From the NCBI GenBank assembly GCA_963839545.1, contig CAWIVE010000005.1:257983-321982 (forward strand): a DNA stretch of 64,000 nt, read 5' to 3'. Below the pieces are notes generated by a model, which searched no databases, was not told where the DNA came from, and was given only the letters and a program-made list of their open reading frames with translations. A program made the position numbers and the translations under genes. Shown here one piece after another: positions 1 to 10,472 of this stretch. How positions within the stretch are numbered: the first letter of the stretch is position 1; every line of letters begins with the position of its first letter. This DNA comes from an uncultured Actinomycetes bacterium. Lineage in GTDB: Bacteria; Actinomycetota; Acidimicrobiia; Acidimicrobiales; CADCSY01.

Positions 1-482
1 TTCGGGTTGGTGAGGTCGGCCGTCAGCGGCGCATCGTCCAGCGAGACGGCGACGGGCCCGGCGGCAGCGGCGTGGCGCACCACCAGCCGGGTGCTGCCCG
101 GGGGCACGCCGCGGAGGTCGTTGTTGAACACCGTCATCGTGGGCTCGCCGCCCTCGGACAGGTGGACGACGGCCGACAGGTTCGACCCGGCGGGGACGTT
201 CAGCGTCCCGGCCACGGCGGCGGCGCTGCTGGCCTCGGCCCCCGCCTCGCGCACCTCGACCTCGTGGTCGCCAGCCGCCAGCTGCACGGGATCGGTGGCC
301 CGCTCGGGCTCGAAGCTCTCGAGGATGAGGGTGCCGTCCAGGTAGACATCCGCGACCAGGCCGCGGAAGCCGTGCACGATGGTGACCGTCCCCGTCGCCT
401 CCTGAGCCCCCGCCGTCCCGAGCCCCAGCAGCGACACCAGAACCAACGCCAGCGTCGCCACAGGGAGCACTCGCTTACCCAT
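1..482 (-). CDS. secreted DUF4397-like protein (C-terminal part lies outside window)
   Basis: ATG at 482..480 preceded by GGAGG. N-terminal signal peptide MGKRVLPVATLALVLVSLLGLGTAGA. Open to window edge (about 160 aa, no stop). Absent from ORF track because it is edge-partial. Motifs TVTIVHGF...VADVYLDG resemble DUF4397. Confidence 0.5.
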   Translation of the reverse strand, partial: MGKRVLPVATLALVLVSLLGLGTAGAQEATGTVTIVHGFRGLVADVYLDGTLILESFEPERATDPVQLAAGDHEVEVREAGAEASSAAAVAGTLNVPAGSNLSAVVHLSEGGEPTMTVFNNDLRGVPPGSTRLVVRHAAAAGPVAVSLDDAPLTADLTNP

Positions 483-612
483 CTCGAGCCTCCTGCCCTC
501 CGGGTGGTCCGGGCGCCTCGCGCTCCGACCCCGGCGTTCGCCGCCCCGGCATGGGGAGGGTAGCGTCCACCGCCGGCCTCGGTGAGCGGCGGACGAAGCC
601 CCGAGGCGGGCG

Positions 613-1782
613 ATGGGAGGGCGGTTTCCGGTGAGCGCGTGGAGCCGGTCGATGAGGGCTGGCGCCGGGGCGATGACCCTCGCGCTGGCCGCCCTCGGTG
701 CCTTCGGGGGGGTCGCCGCCGCCCAGCAGGACGGGGAGGACCTGCGGGTCCGCCAGACCAGCGCGGAGCGCTTCCCGGACGTGACCGCCGAGGTCGACGT
801 CCCCCGGTCGCTGGCCGGGATCTTCCTCCCGGCGTCCGCGTTCTCGGTGCGCCAGGGCGACGAGGAGATCCCCGCCGAGGTGGCCAAGCTGCGGGACGAC
901 CAGCTCGAGGTGGCCGTCGTGGTCGACACCTCAGAGGAGGTCCCGGCGCCGGACTACGCGCAGGCCCGCGGCGCCGTGGCCCAGCTCGTCGACGGCCTGC
1001 CCACCGGGTCGGGCGTGACGCTCGTGAGCGGTGGCGGCGAGCCGAGCGTCGCCGTCCCCCGCACGGAGGACCCCGACGAGGCACTGGACGCCCTCGAGGA
1101 CCTGCCCCAGGGCGGCGGGCGGGCCACCCGGGACGCCGTCGCCCTCGCCGCCGATGCCCTCGGCGACGGGGCGCGGGACAGCCGGGCCGCCGTGGTGCTC
1201 GTCGTCAACCGTGGCGAGGAGCAGAGCTCGACGGACCTCGAGGAGCTCGAGGGCCGGCTGACCGACGCCGGCGTCGCCGTCCACGTCGTCGAGGTCGGCG
1301 AGCCCGACGACGAGGCCACCCGCCTGGCCGAGGCCACGGGCGGCACCGTCCGGACCGTCGATGACGCCGACGACCTCGCCGTGGCCCTCGTCCAGGTGGG
1401 CGACGAGCTTCGGGGCCGCTACGAGCTGCGCTTCCGGGCCCCGGCCGCGGGGCCCACCGAATTCGCCGTGCGCTCACCCGCCGACGACTCGGTGGCCAAG
1501 ACGACGGTGGAGCTGACGGCCCCGCCGGGCGCGTCGACGGGCGGTCCCTCGAGCACCACCGCCGGCGAGGACGGCGACGACGGCGGCGGGGTCGGCTCCG
1601 CACTGCGGGCCCTGGCCCTCCTGCTGCTCGTGCCGCTGCTGCTCGGCGGGATCGTGGCCCTCGTCCTCCTGTGGCGGCGGGGTGAGCTGCGCCGGCCGGC
1701 GACCGCGGGGCGCGAGCCGAGCCGGACGAAGACGAAGACGAAGCCCTGGCGTGGGCACCACCCGCGCCGGTGCACCCGATGA
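613..1782 (+). CDS. von Willebrand factor type A (VWA) domain protein with signal peptide and C-terminal transmembrane anchor
   Basis: ORF track 613..1782. GAGG 6 nt upstream; alternative GTG at about 631 with GGGAGGG upstream. Signal peptide AMTLALAALGAFGGVAAAQ. VWA-like core (VAVVVDTSEE...), C-terminal hydrophobic helix LALLLLVPLLLGGIVALVLLW followed by basic tail. Confidence 0.6.
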   Translation: MGGRFPVSAWSRSMRAGAGAMTLALAALGAFGGVAAAQQDGEDLRVRQTSAERFPDVTAEVDVPRSLAGIFLPASAFSVRQGDEEIPAEVAKLRDDQLEVAVVVDTSEEVPAPDYAQARGAVAQLVDGLPTGSGVTLVSGGGEPSVAVPRTEDPDEALDALEDLPQGGGRATRDAVALAADALGDGARDSRAAVVLVVNRGEEQSSTDLEELEGRLTDAGVAVHVVEVGEPDDEATRLAEATGGTVRTVDDADDLAVALVQVGDELRGRYELRFRAPAAGPTEFAVRSPADDSVAKTTVELTAPPGASTGGPSSTTAGEDGDDGGGVGSALRALALLLLVPLLLGGIVALVLLWRRGELRRPATAGREPSRTKTKTKPWRGHHPRRCTR

Positions 1783-4700
1783 CCAGCGCCCCAGCGGCGT
1801 CCGAGGTGGTCGACCTGCGAGAGGAGCAGCCGGTGGCGGAACCCGCGACGGCGGACGAGGTCGCCGAGCCAGTGGCGTCCGAGACGGAGCCCCGCGTCCC
1901 CGTGGAGGCGTCGGCGGCGGTGGTGGAGCAGGGCGACACGGAGCCGGTGGTCGCCCCCACGGCGGACCCGGCGCAGCCCGAGGCCGCACCGGCGGCCGAC
2001 CTCACGATCGACCTCGAGGACGAGCGACGGACGTTGCTGGAGGCCGCCTCCCGCCAGGCCGAGGAGATCGTGGCCGAGGCGTCCGTGGCGGCGGCGGCCC
2101 AGCGGGCTGCGGCCGAGGAGGAGCGGCGGGTCGTCCTGGAGGCGGCCCGGCACGAGGCTGACGAGCTCCGCCTCCAGGCCCGCCCGCCCGAGGTGGTCGA
2201 GGGCGACGTGGCGGCACCCGCTCCCGACGAGGAGCGGGAGGCCGTCCTGGCCGCGGCCCGGGCCGAGGCCGAGCGCATCCTGACCGGGGCCCGGGAGGAC
2301 GCCGACCGCAACCGCGAGCAGGTCGAGGTCGCCGCCCGCACGTCGGCCGAGCGGCGCCTGGCCGAGGAGCAGCGCGCCTCGGTGGCCCTCGAGCGCGAGC
2401 GGGAGGCGATCCTCTCCGCCGCGTCCCGCGAGGCCGAGCGGCTGGTCATCGAGGCCCGCCAGGAGGCGGCCCAGCTGCGGGCCGAGGTCCTGCGGCAGGC
2501 CACCGAGTCGAGCGAGCAGGAGGTGGGTCGGGAGCGGGCACAGGTCCTGGCGACCGCGGCCGAGGAGGCGGCGGCCATGGTCGCCGCCGCCGACGCCGAG
2601 CGCCGGGCCACGCTCGAGGCGGCCGAGGAGCAGGCCGAGCGACTGGTCGACGAGGCCCAGGCCGAGCTCGACCGGGTCCGCACCGAGCTCGAGGGCTCGG
2701 CCTCGGGAACGGTGGCCGAGGCCCGGGCCGAGGCGGACCGGATCGTGGCCGAGGCCCGGGAGACGGCCGGCCGCGAGGCGGCGACCATCGTCGAGGAGGC
2801 CCGCCGGCAGGCCGAGCAGGACGCCATCGCGGCCGAGGCGGCGGTGCAGGCGGCGGCGGGCGAGGCCGAGCGGATGGCCGAAGCGGCGGAGGCCGACGCC
2901 CGTACTGCGGCCGAGCGCTCCACCGCGGCGATCGGGCGGGAGCGCCAGGAGGTGCTGGCCGCCGCCTCGTCGGAGGCCGAGCGGCTGCTGGCCGATGCCC
3001 GTCGGGAGGCGGTGGAGGCGCGCGCCGCGCTCCAGGCCGAGCGCCAGGAGGTCCTGGCCGCCGCCCAGCAGGAGGCCGAGCGGCTGCTGGCCGAGGTGCG
3101 GGAGGCCGCCGAGCGGGGCGGGGCCGACCTCGACCGGCGCTGGCAGGAGGTCCTGACCGCGGCGGACGAGCAGGCCCGGGCCGTGCTGGAGGACGCCGAG
3201 CGCCAGCGGGCGCAGGCGCAGGAGCTGGTGGCCGAGGCGTCGGCGGCGGCGGAGCGGGAGGCGGTCGAGGCCGAGCGCCGGCGCCAGGAGGTGCTGGCCG
3301 CCGCCGAGCAGGACGCCGAGCGGCTGCGGGTCGAGGCCGCCGAGGACGCCGAGCGGCAGCGGCGGGAGGCCGAGGAGCTGGCGAAGAGCGAGCTCGAGGA
3401 CGCCGTGCAGCTCCGGGCCGAGGCCGCCGCCGAGGCGGAGCGGCTCCGGGACCAGGCCGAGCAGGTCAAGATCGAGGCGGAGGTCCTGTTGGCCGAGGCC
3501 GCTCGGCGCCAGGACGAGGCGGTGACGGCGGCCGAGCAGCTCCGGGCCGAGGCGGCCCGCCATCAGGAGGAGGTCGCCTCGGCGGCCGACCAGCGGATGG
3601 CCGAGGCCGCCGGCGAGGGCGAGCGCCTCCGGGCCGAGGCCCGCGCCGCCGCCGAGCAGCGCCTGGCCGAGGCGGCCGCCGCGGCCGAACACCTCCAGGG
3701 CGAGGCCGCCCGCCGCCAGGAGGAGGCGGTGGCCGCGGCCCAACAGCACCTCGCCGCCGCGGCGCAGGAGGCCGAGCAGATCCGGGCCGCGGCCGAGGAC
3801 GAGCTGGCCCAGCGCCGGGCCGAGGTGGAGGAGGAGCTGGCCCGGGCCCGCGCCGCGTCGGAGGACGCCGCCCGTCGGCAGGAGGAGGCCCGCGCCGCCA
3901 CCGAGCAGCAGCGGGCCGAGGCCGTCGCCGAGGCCGGTCGGATCCGGGCCGAGGTGGTTGCCGCCGCCGAGCAGGAGGCGGCCGAGCGGCGGGACGAGGC
4001 CGAGCGCCGTCTCGCTTCGGCGGTGGCCACGGCCGACCAGCGCGTCGCCGCTGCGGCAGAAGAGGCCGATCGCCTTCGGGCCGAGGCCGTGGCCGCGGCC
4101 GAGCGGGAGGCGGCTCAGCTGCGGGCGACGGCCGACGACGAGGCCACCCGCGCCCGGGCCGAGGCGCAGGCCGCGGCCGAGCAGGCCGCGGCGGCACTGT
4201 CGTCGGCGGAGGGCGAGGCCGAGCGCCTGCGGGCCGAGGCGGCGGCGACGACCGAGCAGGCGCAGGAGGAGGCCGACCGCATCCGCGCCTCGGCCCGATC
4301 CACCGCCGCCGGCGAGGTCGAGCAGCGCCTGCGGGAGGCTGTCGTCGAGGCGGACCGCCTCCAGGCCGCCGCCATCGTCGAGTCGGACCGTGTGCGCACC
4401 GAGGCCACCGCCGCCGCCGAGCAGGCCGCCACCGCGGCCGAGGCCCGTCTGGCCGAGGCCGCGGAGGAGATCGACCGGATGCGGGCCGAGGCGCAGGCGG
4501 CGGCCGAGTCGACCGCCGCCGACGCCACCCGGCGGGCCGACGACCTGGTGGCCGCGGCCGAGCAACGCCTCCGGGAGGCGACCGAGCGGGCCGAGCAGCT
4601 CCGGGCCGAGGCTGCCTCCGAGGCGGAGCACCTCCGTTCCGAGGCGGAGCACCGACGGTCCGAGGTGGAGCGGGCCCTGGTGGAGGCCGACGCCGCCGCC

Positions 4701-6614
4701 GCCGACGTGCGCGCCGCCGCGGCCGCGGAGGCCGAGCGCCTCATCGCGGACAGCCAGGCGCTCACCGAGCAGCAGGCGACCGAAGCCGAGCAGCGGCGGG
4801 CCGCGGTCGTGGCCGCCGCCGAGCAGGAGGCCGAGCAGCGACGGGCGGCGGCGCAGGCCGAGATCGAGGCGCTGCGCACATCTGCCACCGAGGAGATCGA
4901 GCGGTTGCGGGCCGAGGCGGCAGAGGCGCTGGCCACCGCCCGCGCTTCGGCCGAGGAGCTCGAGGCCGCCAGCCGGGCATCCGTCGAGGAGGCCGAGCGG
5001 CTGCGGGCCGAGGCGGACCGTCAGCGAGCGGACGCCATCGCCACCGCCCATCGTGACGCCGAGCGCATCGTGGCCGAGGCCCGCGCCGAGGGCGAGCGCA
5101 GCGGGACCGCCGCCGTCGAGGCCGGCGAGAAGGCCGCCCAGGAGCTGCTCGCCGCCGCCGTGGCCGACGTCCAGCGACAGCGGGCCGCGGCCGAGGAGAC
5201 GGCCGAGCAGTTGCGCTCGCACGCCGAGTCCAAGCGGGCCGCCGCCGAGGCGACGATGCGGACCGCGGAGGAGGAGGCGCAGGCGGTGCGGTCCGCCGTC
5301 GAGGCGGAGGTCTCGGAGCTGCTCGCCACTGCCCGGGCCGAGGGGGACCGGACCAGGACCGCCGCGCAGCAGGAGGCCGATCGGACCCGGGCGGCGGCCG
5401 ACGACGAGGCGGCCCGCCGGTTGGCCGACGCCCAGCAAGAGGCCGCGTCGCGCCTCGGCGAGGCCACCGAGGAGGCCGAGCGCCTCCGGGCCGACGCCGA
5501 TCGCCTCCGGGCGGCGGCCGAGGAGCAGACCCGCCAGGCCGAGGAGCGCATCGCCGCCGCTCAGGCCGCGGCCGAGCAGGAGCGCGAGGCCCTCGTCGCC
5601 GCCGCCTCCGACGAGGCGGGGCGGATCCGCCACACGGCCGAGGTCGAGATCGAGGCCCGGCGGAAGCAGATCGAGTCGCAGGTCGAGGCCGAGGCCAAGG
5701 CGCTGCTGAACGGGTTGGAGCAGCAGCGCACGGCGCGGCTCGCCTCGGCCCAGCAGGAGGCCGAGCAGCTGATCGCCCGGGCCCGGACCCACGCCGAGCA
5801 GGAGGCCCGGCGGGGCCAGGAGGCCCTGGCCGGGGCCATGGCTGCCATCGAGGAGGAGCGCCGCTCCGCCTTCGAGTCCCTGACCGCCGACGCCGAGCAG
5901 GAGGCCGAGGCCGCCCGGGAGGAGGCGCAGCGGGCGCTGGCCGAGGCCGAGCGGGTCCGGGCCGAGGCGGCCGAGTCGGCGCGTGAGCTGGTCGAGCGCC
6001 GCGCCACGGAGGCCGACGAGGCCCACGGCGAGCTCGATCGCCAGCGCCGGGCCATCCTCGACACCGCGGTCGAGCAGGGCGAGCACCTCCTCGAGGAGGC
6101 CCGGACCGCCGCCGAGCAGCTCCGCCGGGAGGCGGCCGAGCAGGCCTCGCGCCTGCTGGACGAGGCCCGGGCCGCCGCCGACGCCGAGCGGGAGCGGGCG
6201 ATCGGCGCGGCCGCCGCCCAGGCCGAGGCCGACGTGACCGAGGCCCTGCGCCGCCGGGAGGACGAGGTCGCCACCTCGCTCGAGCGCCTGGCGACCGAGG
6301 CGGCCGAGCGCCGGGCCACCGAGGACGCCCGCGTGCGGGCGGCGGCCGAGCGGGAGCGCTCGGCGCTGCTGGAGGCGGCCCGGGAGCGGGCCGAGCGCAT
6401 GCTGGCCGAGGCGGTGGCCGCCGCCGACGCCCGGCGACGCCAGGCCGAGCGGGAGGCGGAGGTGGCCCGCACGAACGCCTGGGCCGAGCTCGAGCGCATC
6501 CAGGAGGAGATGCTCGAGGAGGCCCGCCAGGAGGTCGACCGCCTCCTCGAGGAGGCCGCCGCCGAGCGGGAGCGCCTGCTCTCCGAGGCCCGCCGCCTCT
6601 CCGGCGCCCGCTGA
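1770..6614 (+). CDS. giant (1614 aa) Ala/Glu/Arg-rich repetitive coiled-coil protein
   Basis: ORF track. ATG overlaps upstream VWA gene stop by 13 nt (coupled). Non-repetitive acidic N-terminus, then about 4.5 kb of degenerate repeats (AEAERLRAEA..., REAVEARAALQAERQEVLAAAQQEAERLLA). Exact antisense-frame ORF 1419..6707 judged artefact. Confidence 0.55.
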   Translation: MHPMTSAPAASEVVDLREEQPVAEPATADEVAEPVASETEPRVPVEASAAVVEQGDTEPVVAPTADPAQPEAAPAADLTIDLEDERRTLLEAASRQAEEIVAEASVAAAAQRAAAEEERRVVLEAARHEADELRLQARPPEVVEGDVAAPAPDEEREAVLAAARAEAERILTGAREDADRNREQVEVAARTSAERRLAEEQRASVALEREREAILSAASREAERLVIEARQEAAQLRAEVLRQATESSEQEVGRERAQVLATAAEEAAAMVAAADAERRATLEAAEEQAERLVDEAQAELDRVRTELEGSASGTVAEARAEADRIVAEARETAGREAATIVEEARRQAEQDAIAAEAAVQAAAGEAERMAEAAEADARTAAERSTAAIGRERQEVLAAASSEAERLLADARREAVEARAALQAERQEVLAAAQQEAERLLAEVREAAERGGADLDRRWQEVLTAADEQARAVLEDAERQRAQAQELVAEASAAAEREAVEAERRRQEVLAAAEQDAERLRVEAAEDAERQRREAEELAKSELEDAVQLRAEAAAEAERLRDQAEQVKIEAEVLLAEAARRQDEAVTAAEQLRAEAARHQEEVASAADQRMAEAAGEGERLRAEARAAAEQRLAEAAAAAEHLQGEAARRQEEAVAAAQQHLAAAAQEAEQIRAAAEDELAQRRAEVEEELARARAASEDAARRQEEARAATEQQRAEAVAEAGRIRAEVVAAAEQEAAERRDEAERRLASAVATADQRVAAAAEEADRLRAEAVAAAEREAAQLRATADDEATRARAEAQAAAEQAAAALSSAEGEAERLRAEAAATTEQAQEEADRIRASARSTAAGEVEQRLREAVVEADRLQAAAIVESDRVRTEATAAAEQAATAAEARLAEAAEEIDRMRAEAQAAAESTAADATRRADDLVAAAEQRLREATERAEQLRAEAASEAEHLRSEAEHRRSEVERALVEADAAAADVRAAAAAEAERLIADSQALTEQQATEAEQRRAAVVAAAEQEAEQRRAAAQAEIEALRTSATEEIERLRAEAAEALATARASAEELEAASRASVEEAERLRAEADRQRADAIATAHRDAERIVAEARAEGERSGTAAVEAGEKAAQELLAAAVADVQRQRAAAEETAEQLRSHAESKRAAAEATMRTAEEEAQAVRSAVEAEVSELLATARAEGDRTRTAAQQEADRTRAAADDEAARRLADAQQEAASRLGEATEEAERLRADADRLRAAAEEQTRQAEERIAAAQAAAEQEREALVAAASDEAGRIRHTAEVEIEARRKQIESQVEAEAKALLNGLEQQRTARLASAQQEAEQLIARARTHAEQEARRGQEALAGAMAAIEEERRSAFESLTADAEQEAEAAREEAQRALAEAERVRAEAAESARELVERRATEADEAHGELDRQRRAILDTAVEQGEHLLEEARTAAEQLRREAAEQASRLLDEARAAADAERERAIGAAAAQAEADVTEALRRREDEVATSLERLATEAAERRATEDARVRAAAERERSALLEAARERAERMLAEAVAAADARRRQAEREAEVARTNAWAELERIQEEMLEEARQEVDRLLEEAAAERERLLSEARRLSGAR

Positions 6615-6618
6615 CCCG

Positions 6619-6692
6619 GACCCCGCCGGCGGGGGGCTCCGCGCATTCTCTGCGCAGTTGGGCTCACCCCCTGAGCCCTTCTGCGCACAGTG
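6619..6692. terminator. G+C-rich palindromes downstream of giant gene (candidate factor-independent terminator / regulatory structure)
   Basis: ccccgccggcgggg palindrome 7 nt after TGA. Then imperfect palindrome ctctgcgcagttgggctca-ccccc-tgagcccttctgcgcacag. Locally lower GC. Confidence 0.35.
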
Positions 6693-6754
6693 TGCATTGA
6701 GGTCCACGACGTGCCGAGGGTCACCGACCGGGAGGAGCGGCCGATGAGAGCGGG

Positions 6755-7558
6755 GTGAGCGCTGTCGCGTCCGTGGCCCCGCCCCCCGCCACCGAGGTCC
6801 TCCCGTCCGTCCCGGCCGCCGACGCGGCCGGCGGGCCCCTCCTCGCGGCGACCGGCGTGCGGAAGGTCTACGCCACCGGCTGGAACGAGTTCGAGGTCCT
6901 GAAGGGCATCGACCTCACCGTCCACGCCGGCGAGCTGGTCATGGTCATGGGCCCCTCGGGGAGCGGCAAGACCACCCTGCTGAACTGCCTGGCCGGCCTC
7001 GACGACATCGACGGGGGCCAGGTGATCGTCGACGGCGAGGACATCCACACCATGTCCGACGCCCGCCGCACCGACCACCGGGCGCGCCACATGGGCTTCG
7101 TCTTCCAGAGCTTCAACCTCATCCCCGTCCTCACCGCGGTGGAGAACGTGGAGCTGCCGCTGCTGATCATGGGGACCAAGCCCCGCGCCGCCCGCCGCCG
7201 GGCCCTGGCCATGCTCGAGCGGGTCGAGCTGGCCGACCGGGCCCGCCACCGCCCCCTCCAGCTCTCCGGCGGGGAGCAGCAGCGGGTGGCCGTGGCCCGA
7301 GCCCTGGTCGCCGAGCCCGACATCGTCTGGGCCGACGAGCCGACGGGCAACCTCGACAGCGAGACGGCCGCCTCGGTGCTCGACCTCCTCGGCGACGTCC
7401 ACGCCGCCGGCCAGACCCTCGTCATCATCACCCACGACGAGGCCATCGGGTGGTCCGGCACCCGGCTCGTCCGCGTCTCGGACGGCCAGATCGTGTTCGA
7501 CGGCACCCCCGACTTCGACCTCCACCCGAGCGCGTTCGACGAGGCGCCTCCGTCGTGA
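6755..7558 (+). CDS. ABC transporter ATP-binding protein (MacB/LolD/FtsE-like)
   Basis: GTG start with GGGAGGAG upstream. Walker [13 protein letters not shown] signature [15 protein letters not shown], Walker [12 protein letters not shown]. Confidence 0.85.
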   Translation: MSAVASVAPPPATEVLPSVPAADAAGGPLLAATGVRKVYATGWNEFEVLKGIDLTVHAGELVMVMGPSGSGKTTLLNCLAGLDDIDGGQVIVDGEDIHTMSDARRTDHRARHMGFVFQSFNLIPVLTAVENVELPLLIMGTKPRAARRRALAMLERVELADRARHRPLQLSGGEQQRVAVARALVAEPDIVWADEPTGNLDSETAASVLDLLGDVHAAGQTLVIITHDEAIGWSGTRLVRVSDGQIVFDGTPDFDLHPSAFDEAPPS

Positions 7559-10449
7559 CCGCGCTGGCCTGGCTGGCCGTGCCGATCGTCGCCCTCCTCG
7601 CCATCTCCGGCTGGGACCTGGCGGCCAGCCCCCCGCTGCGCCGGCTGGCCCTGCGTCGCATCCGGCGCCGGCCGGTCGAGGGGCTGTTCGTCGTGCTCGG
7701 CTCGCTGCTGGGCACGGCCATCATCTGCGCCTCGTTCGTGGTCGGCGACACGCTCAATGCGTCGATCCGGGACCTGGCCCGCACGCAGTACGGGCCCATC
7801 GACCAAGCCGTGGTGGTGGGCGGCCTGACCCTCCAGCCCGACCTCGAGCAGGCCTTCGCCGAGCCCGTCCCCGGCAGCGACGGCTCGCTGTCGGTCGTCA
7901 GCGCTCCGGCCGCCGTGGCCCGCACCACCGGCGGCGGCGAGCGCAAGGCCTCGCCCCGGGCCCAGGTCCACGAGCTCGACGTGCCCGACGCCCGCCGCTT
8001 CGGGGGCGACGTGGACGCCACCGGCTTCGCCGGGGTGGAGGAGACGCCGGTCGAGGGCACCGCCCTGCTGGGTGAGGACCTCGCCGAGGACCTCGACGCC
8101 CGCCGCGGCGACATCATCGAGGTGTTCCTCTACGGGGTGTCGGCCGACCTGGAGGTGGCCGGCTTCGTCCCCCGTCTCGGGGTGGCCGGCTTCTACCCGG
8201 AGCAGGGGTCGCGCTCGCCGGTGCTGTTCGTCGCCCCCGGGACCATCGCCGAGGCGGCGGCCACGGTGCGGGAGGACCCACCGACGCCGCCGACCGCCCG
8301 GATCATGGTCTCCAACGAGGGCGGCGTCTTCGGCGGCATGGCCCACGACGACGAGGTGCGAGCGGAGCTGGAGCACCGGGCCTCGGCGGTGCCGGGGGCC
8401 GAGGTCCAGGCGGTGAAGGAGGGGATCCTCGAGCAGGCCCGCACCGAGGGCCGGGCCTTCACCCAGCTGTTCACCGGCATCGGCGGCTTCGCCGTGATCG
8501 CCGGTCTGCTGCTGCTCGTGAACATCTTCGTGATGCTGGCCGAGGAGCGGAAGGCGGAGCTCGGCCTCCTACGGGCGGTGGGCATGCGCCGCAACCACCT
8601 GGTGCGCGCCTTCGGGATCGAGGGCAGCTTCTACGCGCTCGTGGCGACCGTCCTCGGCACGGCGGTCGGTGTCCTGGTCGGTCGCGTCATCGTCGCCGTC
8701 ACCTCGGGGCTGCTCTCCGATGGCGACGCCGACCTCGAGGTGCGCTTCGCCGTGACCCCCGGGAGCCTGGTCACCGCCGCGCTCGTGGGCCTGGCCATCG
8801 GCCTCGTCACGGTGTGGCTCACCAGCGCCCGCATCGGTCAGCTCGTCGTGGTCGACGCCGTGCACGACCTGCCGCAGCGGCCGCCCAACCGTCGGGGCCG
8901 GGCCCTGCTCCCGGTGGCCGCCCTCGGGGTCGTGGTCGGCGGCGCCATGCTCGGCGTCGGCCTGGCCCGGGACTACGCGGTGGTCGTGCTCCTCGGTCCC
9001 GCCGTGGCCGCCGCCTGCGCCGTGCCACTGCTCCAACGCATCATCCCGTCACGGGTGGCGGTGAGCGTCCCCGCCGGGCTGACGCTCGTGTGGGCCCTGA
9101 CCGCCTTCATGCTCATGCCGGGGGTGCTGGACGACGCCGGCATCCTGTTGTTCATCGTCCAGGGCGTGGTCCTCGTGGCCAGCGCCGTGGCCCTCACCTC
9201 GGCCAACGGCGAGATCTACCTGGCCGCGGCCCGGGCCGTGCTGGGCCGGGGCCGTCGCGGCCTGTCGAGCCGCCTCGGGTTCGCCTACCCGCTGGCCCGG
9301 CCGTTCCGGACCGGGCTGCTCGTCGGCATGTACGCCCTGGTGATGTTCACCCTGACCTTCATCGCCGTCTTCGCCCACATCTTCTCGCAGCAGGTGCCCG
9401 CACTGACCGACGCCACCCGGGCCGGGTACGACCTCCTGGTCGACTCCAACCCGGCCAACCCCGTGGACCCCGAGGACCTGGGCCGGGTGCCGGGGGTCGA
9501 CACCTCGGCCACCTTCGTGCGGGGCCTCGTGGACGTGGAGGCGGAGGCCATCGGCGACGACACCCGGCCGTGGGCCATCACCGGCGTCGACGAGCAGCTG
9601 CTGGCCCGGGGCACCCCCGAGCTGTCGTCCCGCTCGCCCCGCTTCCGCACGGACGAGGAGGCGTGGCGGGCGGTGCTGGCCGATCCGCGCCAGGCCGTCG
9701 TGTCCGAGTTCTTCCTCCAGGAGCAGGGTGGCGCCCCCCGGACGCTGCTCGACGTGGGGGACCGCTTCACCGTCGCCGACCGCTCGACCCTGGCCTCCCA
9801 GGAGCTGACGGTGGCGGGGGTGATGACCTCCGACTTCCAGCTCAACGGCCTGCTCGTGGGCCGCTCGCTGGTCGACGGCCTGCTCGGTTCCCGCGCCGTG
9901 GCCAACCGCACGTACGTGGCCGTCGACGAGGGCGCCGACCCCGAGGCCGTCGCCCGCGCCCTCGACGGCGAGCTGGTGGCCGAGGGCGTCGACGCCCGCA
10001 CGTTCCACTCGGTGGTGGAGGACGCCCTGGCCGAGCAGGAGGGCTTCTTCCACCTCATGGAGGGCTTCCTGAGCCTCGGCCTCGTGATCGGCATCGCCGG
10101 CCTCGGCGTGGTGATGGTGCGGGCCGTCCGCGAGCGCCGGCGGCAGATCGGGATGCTGCGGGCCATGGGCCTCAGCGCCCCTGCGGTGCGCACCGCCTTC
10201 CTGGTGGAGGCCACCTTCGTCGCCGTCCGCGGCCTCGTCCTCGGCGTGCTGCTCGGGCTGGTGACGAGCTACAGCCTGCTCGCCTACTCGAACGTGTTCG
10301 AGGGCGCCCACCTCGAGTTCACCGTCCCGTGGCGGACCCTCGCCATCGTGGTCGGCATCCCCCTCGTCAGCTCGCTGCTGGCCGCGGCGGGCCCGGCGTC
10401 CCGGGCGTCGGACACCCGCCCCGCCGTGGCGCTCCGGGTCGCCGGCTAG
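7555..10449 (+). CDS. ABC transporter permease, FtsX/MacB-like with large extracytoplasmic domains (two FtsX modules)
   Basis: GTG at 7555 overlaps ATPase stop (GTGA). In frame to 10449 (965 codons). Multiple TM segments flanking large hydrophilic domains. Track ORF 7450..10449 N-terminal extension rejected. Confidence 0.75.
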   Translation: MTALAWLAVPIVALLAISGWDLAASPPLRRLALRRIRRRPVEGLFVVLGSLLGTAIICASFVVGDTLNASIRDLARTQYGPIDQAVVVGGLTLQPDLEQAFAEPVPGSDGSLSVVSAPAAVARTTGGGERKASPRAQVHELDVPDARRFGGDVDATGFAGVEETPVEGTALLGEDLAEDLDARRGDIIEVFLYGVSADLEVAGFVPRLGVAGFYPEQGSRSPVLFVAPGTIAEAAATVREDPPTPPTARIMVSNEGGVFGGMAHDDEVRAELEHRASAVPGAEVQAVKEGILEQARTEGRAFTQLFTGIGGFAVIAGLLLLVNIFVMLAEERKAELGLLRAVGMRRNHLVRAFGIEGSFYALVATVLGTAVGVLVGRVIVAVTSGLLSDGDADLEVRFAVTPGSLVTAALVGLAIGLVTVWLTSARIGQLVVVDAVHDLPQRPPNRRGRALLPVAALGVVVGGAMLGVGLARDYAVVVLLGPAVAAACAVPLLQRIIPSRVAVSVPAGLTLVWALTAFMLMPGVLDDAGILLFIVQGVVLVASAVALTSANGEIYLAAARAVLGRGRRGLSSRLGFAYPLARPFRTGLLVGMYALVMFTLTFIAVFAHIFSQQVPALTDATRAGYDLLVDSNPANPVDPEDLGRVPGVDTSATFVRGLVDVEAEAIGDDTRPWAITGVDEQLLARGTPELSSRSPRFRTDEEAWRAVLADPRQAVVSEFFLQEQGGAPRTLLDVGDRFTVADRSTLASQELTVAGVMTSDFQLNGLLVGRSLVDGLLGSRAVANRTYVAVDEGADPEAVARALDGELVAEGVDARTFHSVVEDALAEQEGFFHLMEGFLSLGLVIGIAGLGVVMVRAVRERRRQIGMLRAMGLSAPAVRTAFLVEATFVAVRGLVLGVLLGLVTSYSLLAYSNVFEGAHLEFTVPWRTLAIVVGIPLVSSLLAAAGPASRASDTRPAVALRVAG

Positions 10450-10472
10450 TCCACCAGCCACACCTGTCACAT

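Noticed and set aside
1205-3469. 754-aa Ser/Ala/Arg-rich minus-strand ORF, plus the other overlapping ORFs at 200..1084, 931..1284 and 954..1346
   Set aside because: Alternative-frame read-throughs of the same high-GC repeat. No independent start signals. Low-complexity translation.
1419-6707. 1762-aa minus-strand ORF exactly antisense, in the same codon phase, to the giant coiled-coil gene
   Set aside because: Gly/Leu/Pro/Gln-rich translation of the complement of GCC/GAG/CGG/CTG repeats. Its N-terminus starts inside the intergenic terminator region. There is no coupling signal. The sense frame has a defined non-repetitive N-terminus and overlaps the upstream gene stop.
6868-8376. Long minus-strand ORFs antisense to the ABC ATPase/permease: 6868..8376, 7428..8117, 9049..10470, 9285..10214, 8814..11729 (+)
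   Set aside because: No motifs. Arg/Gly/Pro-rich. Opposite real genes that have Walker/ABC signatures and TM topology.
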